From NCBI GenBank assembly GCA_947631475.1, contig CANRLI010000003.1, positions 1 to 42,635 on the forward strand: a stretch of 42,635 bases of DNA, written 5' to 3'. The position numbers and the translations under genes were made by a program. Positions 39,577 through 42,635 of the stretch are shown in pieces (the first letter of the stretch is position 1; each line of letters starts with the position of its first letter). The notes under the pieces were generated by a model. It did no database searches and was not told the DNA's origin. It saw only the letters and a list, made by a program, of their open reading frames with translations. Source of the DNA: an uncultured Bacilli bacterium. Its GTDB lineage: Bacteria; Bacillota_I; Bacilli_A; RF39; UBA660.

Positions 39577-40310
39577 TAGTCCCTTTTGTATAATTTAAAT
39601 CCAAAAAAGCAAATACTTATAATACTTATTATTTCGATTGTTAAATAAATTGTTATTGTATCAGCTGTATATGGGTTATCTTCTTGGATACCGAAAAGTT
39701 CATTAATTTTAGCTAGTGAAAGTTCTTCTTTAGGCATTATATCTTTATCAACACCATTTATTTCTAAAACACCTTTAGTCGTATCTTCTGGAACCCATAA
39801 TGTTGGTTTATTTGTTGCTTCTGTTTTATTAACTATTTTAGCATCGTCTTTTAAACTTAATTTGGGAATTTCGGTAACATTACTTCCTTGACCTAATTCA
39901 ATGCCACCAAAACCATTTCCAGATACATCTATAATACCAAGAAAGGTTACTAAAGATCCGTTAATTAATAAACCTGCGTTACCACCTGTTAATTTAATAT
40001 CCTTAATAGTTGCTGTACTTTTGTAAATTTGGAGAACATATACTCCGTCCCAAATTGTGTTATCATTACTTCTATCACTGCCAAAAGTTCCAACATATTT
40101 CATAGTATGATTAGCACCATCTATATAAAGATCTCTTGTTATATTAATTTTTTGAGTTGTTTCAATATCATTTTTTAATACAATTGTATCAATGTCTTCG
40201 TCTTGAAGAGCTTCTAGAAATTCTTGTTGGTTACTAACAAAACTTGATTGAGCATTAACAAATACAGCTGGTAGTAAAAATATAGCTAACAAAAAAATTA
40301 ATTTTTTCAT
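39573..40310 (-). CDS. Small secreted beta-helix-like protein with C-terminal sorting signal (likely sortase substrate)
   Basis: Signal peptide (VNA/QS), IVLKNDI...IDGANHT, GGNAGLLING, SGNGFGGIE; NPYTA + hydrophobic stretch + KLYKR tail. Confidence 0.75.
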   Translation of the reverse strand: MKKLIFLLAIFLLPAVFVNAQSSFVSNQQEFLEALQDEDIDTIVLKNDIETTQKINITRDLYIDGANHTMKYVGTFGSDRSNDNTIWDGVYVLQIYKSTATIKDIKLTGGNAGLLINGSLVTFLGIIDVSGNGFGGIELGQGSNVTEIPKLSLKDDAKIVNKTEATNKPTLWVPEDTTKGVLEINGVDKDIMPKEELSLAKINELFGIQEDNPYTADTITIYLTIEIISIISICFFGFKLYKRDY

Positions 40311-40444
40311 TATTTTTATTCTCCTTTCTAATAATAGTTTTATAATTAAATAAAGAGTTATGCTTAAAAATGTTTAATTTTATTGGAAATATTTACTAAA
40401 TGTTAATTTAAATATTTAAAATAATATGATTATGAGGTGGAATA

Positions 40445-40795
40445 ATGACGATAAATAATAATTATTGGCAAGAAGAATTTAATAAGGCCTTAGAAGAAAA
40501 TATTAATGATGTTGAACTTTTAAATTTTCTTAATAATCCTGAACGAGTTAAAAGATATTCTATTGAGCAGTGGGGAGTATGGACTAAGTATGATGAAAAT
40601 GGTGTATTAGTTGATATTAGAATGCTTGTACCAGAAATTGTTGATGAACTAACATTAAGAATTAATTTACATAAATATAAACATGCCTATGAATATTATC
40701 AAAAAATAGGAACGCCTTATAAGGGTGATATCGAGAAAAGCTAAACGTAAGCAAAAGATGATGAAAGATGATATTTGTTAAAAAAGAAAAATTAA
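40445..40795 (+). pseudogene. Possible decayed zincin-like gene (open portion 40445-40744)
   Basis: INLHKYKHAY is one base from HExxH; frame continues S*T*AKDDER*YLLKKKN* through three in-frame stops. Confidence 0.4.
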
Positions 40796-40860
40796 TTTTT
40801 GTTGTTTAAAAAAGGTTTTTTCTTTGATATACTTAATAAGTAATAGGGTTAGGTGATATT

Positions 40861-42483
40861 ATGCAGACAGTATATATTTTTGGACATAAAATGCCTGATA
40901 CAGATACGGTTTGTGCTAGTATAAGTTTAGCTTATTTAAAAAATAAACAAGGTTGGAAAACGGAAGCTAAAGTTTTAGGAACTTTAAATAAGGAAACAAG
41001 CTTTGTATTAGATTATTTTAAAATAAAAGAACCAGAGTTTTTAAATGATGTAAAGGTTCAAATTAGGAATATGAACTATAACAAAGATGCGATGATAGAA
41101 GAGAATATATCAATATTTCAAACATATAAAGAAATGATAAAATATGGTGTTACAGGTTTTCCTTTGGTAAATAATCATAGAAAATTAACAGGTTATGTTA
41201 ATGTTAAAGAAATATCTAAATATTTAATTGAAGGTAATATTAATTATCTTAAGACTTCTTACGATAATATATTGGCAACATTAGAAGCAAAAGAAATATT
41301 GCGTTTTGATGATGAAATCGAAGGCAATGTTTTGGCGGCAGCTTATAAAAGTGAAACTTTTATAAGTCGTGTAAAACTTCAACCTAACAATATTTTATTA
41401 GTTGGAGATAGATATAAAATATTGGAGTATGCTGTTAATTCAGGAATTAAGTTATTGATTTGTGTTAATGGTGATATAGTACCTGATAATTTATTAGAAA
41501 TAGCTAAAAAGAATCGAGTTAATATTATCTGTACACAAATGGGAACATTTAAATGTGCAAACATGATAAAATTATGCAATTATGTTAATATTTTGAATAT
41601 TAATCCTCATCCTGTAACGTTTAGTCCAAGTGATTATCGCAATGATTTTGTAGAAATTAGTGGTAAATTAGGTCATACTAATTATCCAATTGTTAATAAA
41701 AAGGGTATTTGTCTAGGTATGATGCGCTTGATTGATATTAATAATTATGAAAGAAAACAGGTAATTTTAGTAGATCATAATCAACAATCTCAAAGTGTTG
41801 ATGGAATTGAAGAAGCCCAAATATTAGAAATTATTGATCATCATAATTTGGGAACTATCGGAACATCTAAACCTATTAATTTTCGTAGTATGCCAGTTGG
41901 TTGTACATGTACTATTATTTATCAATTGTATCAAGAAGCTAATGTGCCAATCCCACCGGATATTGCAGGAATTATGTTATCAGCAATTCTTTCTGATACC
42001 TTATTATTTAAATCTCCTACAACAACCAAGATGGATATTGAAGTTGGTAATAAGTTAGCAGAAATAGCTAATGTTGATGTTAATGAATATGGCATGATGA
42101 TGTTTAAGGCAGCTTCATCAGTTAGTGAATTAAGTGTTTCTGATATTATTCATAGTGATATGAAAACTTATAAATATGATGATTCTAATATAGCAATTAG
42201 TCAGATTATGACGTTAGATTTTGATGATATACATGAAAGAACTGAGGACGTTATAATGGAACTTAATAAAATGTGTGAATATGGTGGGCTTAAAATTGCT
42301 TTATTATTTGTTACAGATGTTATTAGAAATGGTTCTTACTTATTCTATAATGAAAAGTGTAAAGATATCATTGAGGAAGCATATGGAATAACTGAAATAT
42401 ATCAGGGTATTTATTTTGATGGCGTTGTATCACGTAAAAAACAAATGCTACCACCACTATTAGACTTAGAAGAAAGAAGATAA
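40861..42483 (+). CDS. ppaC: Mn-dependent family II inorganic pyrophosphatase with CBS-DRTGG insert
   Basis: FGHKMPDTD, LVGDR (DRTGG), ILVDHN, IIDHH, SAILSDTLLFKSPTTT, VVSRKKQ. Confidence 0.95.
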   Translation: MQTVYIFGHKMPDTDTVCASISLAYLKNKQGWKTEAKVLGTLNKETSFVLDYFKIKEPEFLNDVKVQIRNMNYNKDAMIEENISIFQTYKEMIKYGVTGFPLVNNHRKLTGYVNVKEISKYLIEGNINYLKTSYDNILATLEAKEILRFDDEIEGNVLAAAYKSETFISRVKLQPNNILLVGDRYKILEYAVNSGIKLLICVNGDIVPDNLLEIAKKNRVNIICTQMGTFKCANMIKLCNYVNILNINPHPVTFSPSDYRNDFVEISGKLGHTNYPIVNKKGICLGMMRLIDINNYERKQVILVDHNQQSQSVDGIEEAQILEIIDHHNLGTIGTSKPINFRSMPVGCTCTIIYQLYQEANVPIPPDIAGIMLSAILSDTLLFKSPTTTKMDIEVGNKLAEIANVDVNEYGMMMFKAASSVSELSVSDIIHSDMKTYKYDDSNIAISQIMTLDFDDIHERTEDVIMELNKMCEYGGLKIALLFVTDVIRNGSYLFYNEKCKDIIEEAYGITEIYQGIYFDGVVSRKKQMLPPLLDLEERR

Positions 42484-42497
42484 GGTCTTCTTTTTTT
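42473..42497 (+). terminator. Intrinsic terminator of ppaC
   Basis: AAAGAAGAT-aag-GTCTTCTTT plus T tract. Confidence 0.65.
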
Positions 42498-42635
42498 AAT
42501 TATAATAAAATAGTTAAGATTACTGTGGACAAAAAAGCAATTATCTACAATAATTGCGCAGACTGTTGACAAATAGGTAAAATAAATTACTTATTTGTCT
42601 TTTATTTTGAAAAATTTTAGATATTATTTAAAAAA

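Overview
Very AT-rich bacterial chromosome segment using the standard genetic code (TGG for Trp, TGA as stop). Gene content suggests a walled, small-genome Bacillota gut lineage (RF39/Erysipelotrichia-like); this is inference from the FemAB enzyme, sortase, CIRCE operator and short Mollicutes-style CysRS. Housekeeping genes (htpG, typA, lysS, cysS, uvrB, CBS-type ppaC) are interspersed with many short transcription units of unknown function, most with their own extended -10 promoter and terminator. The dominant feature is a 13.6-kb gene for a ~4,530-aa Zmp/IgA1-protease-family (M26) metalloprotease with a cohesin-like N-terminus, a two-TM anchor and a 14-unit repeat stalk. Other notable items are an unannotated 45-aa basic microprotein, a stand-alone ClpC N-domain gene, a tandem pair of paralogous orphan genes, a convergent class B sortase/substrate pair with matching sporulation-sigma-like promoters, and a decayed zincin-like gene. 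No rRNA, tRNA, CRISPR array or transposase is visible.
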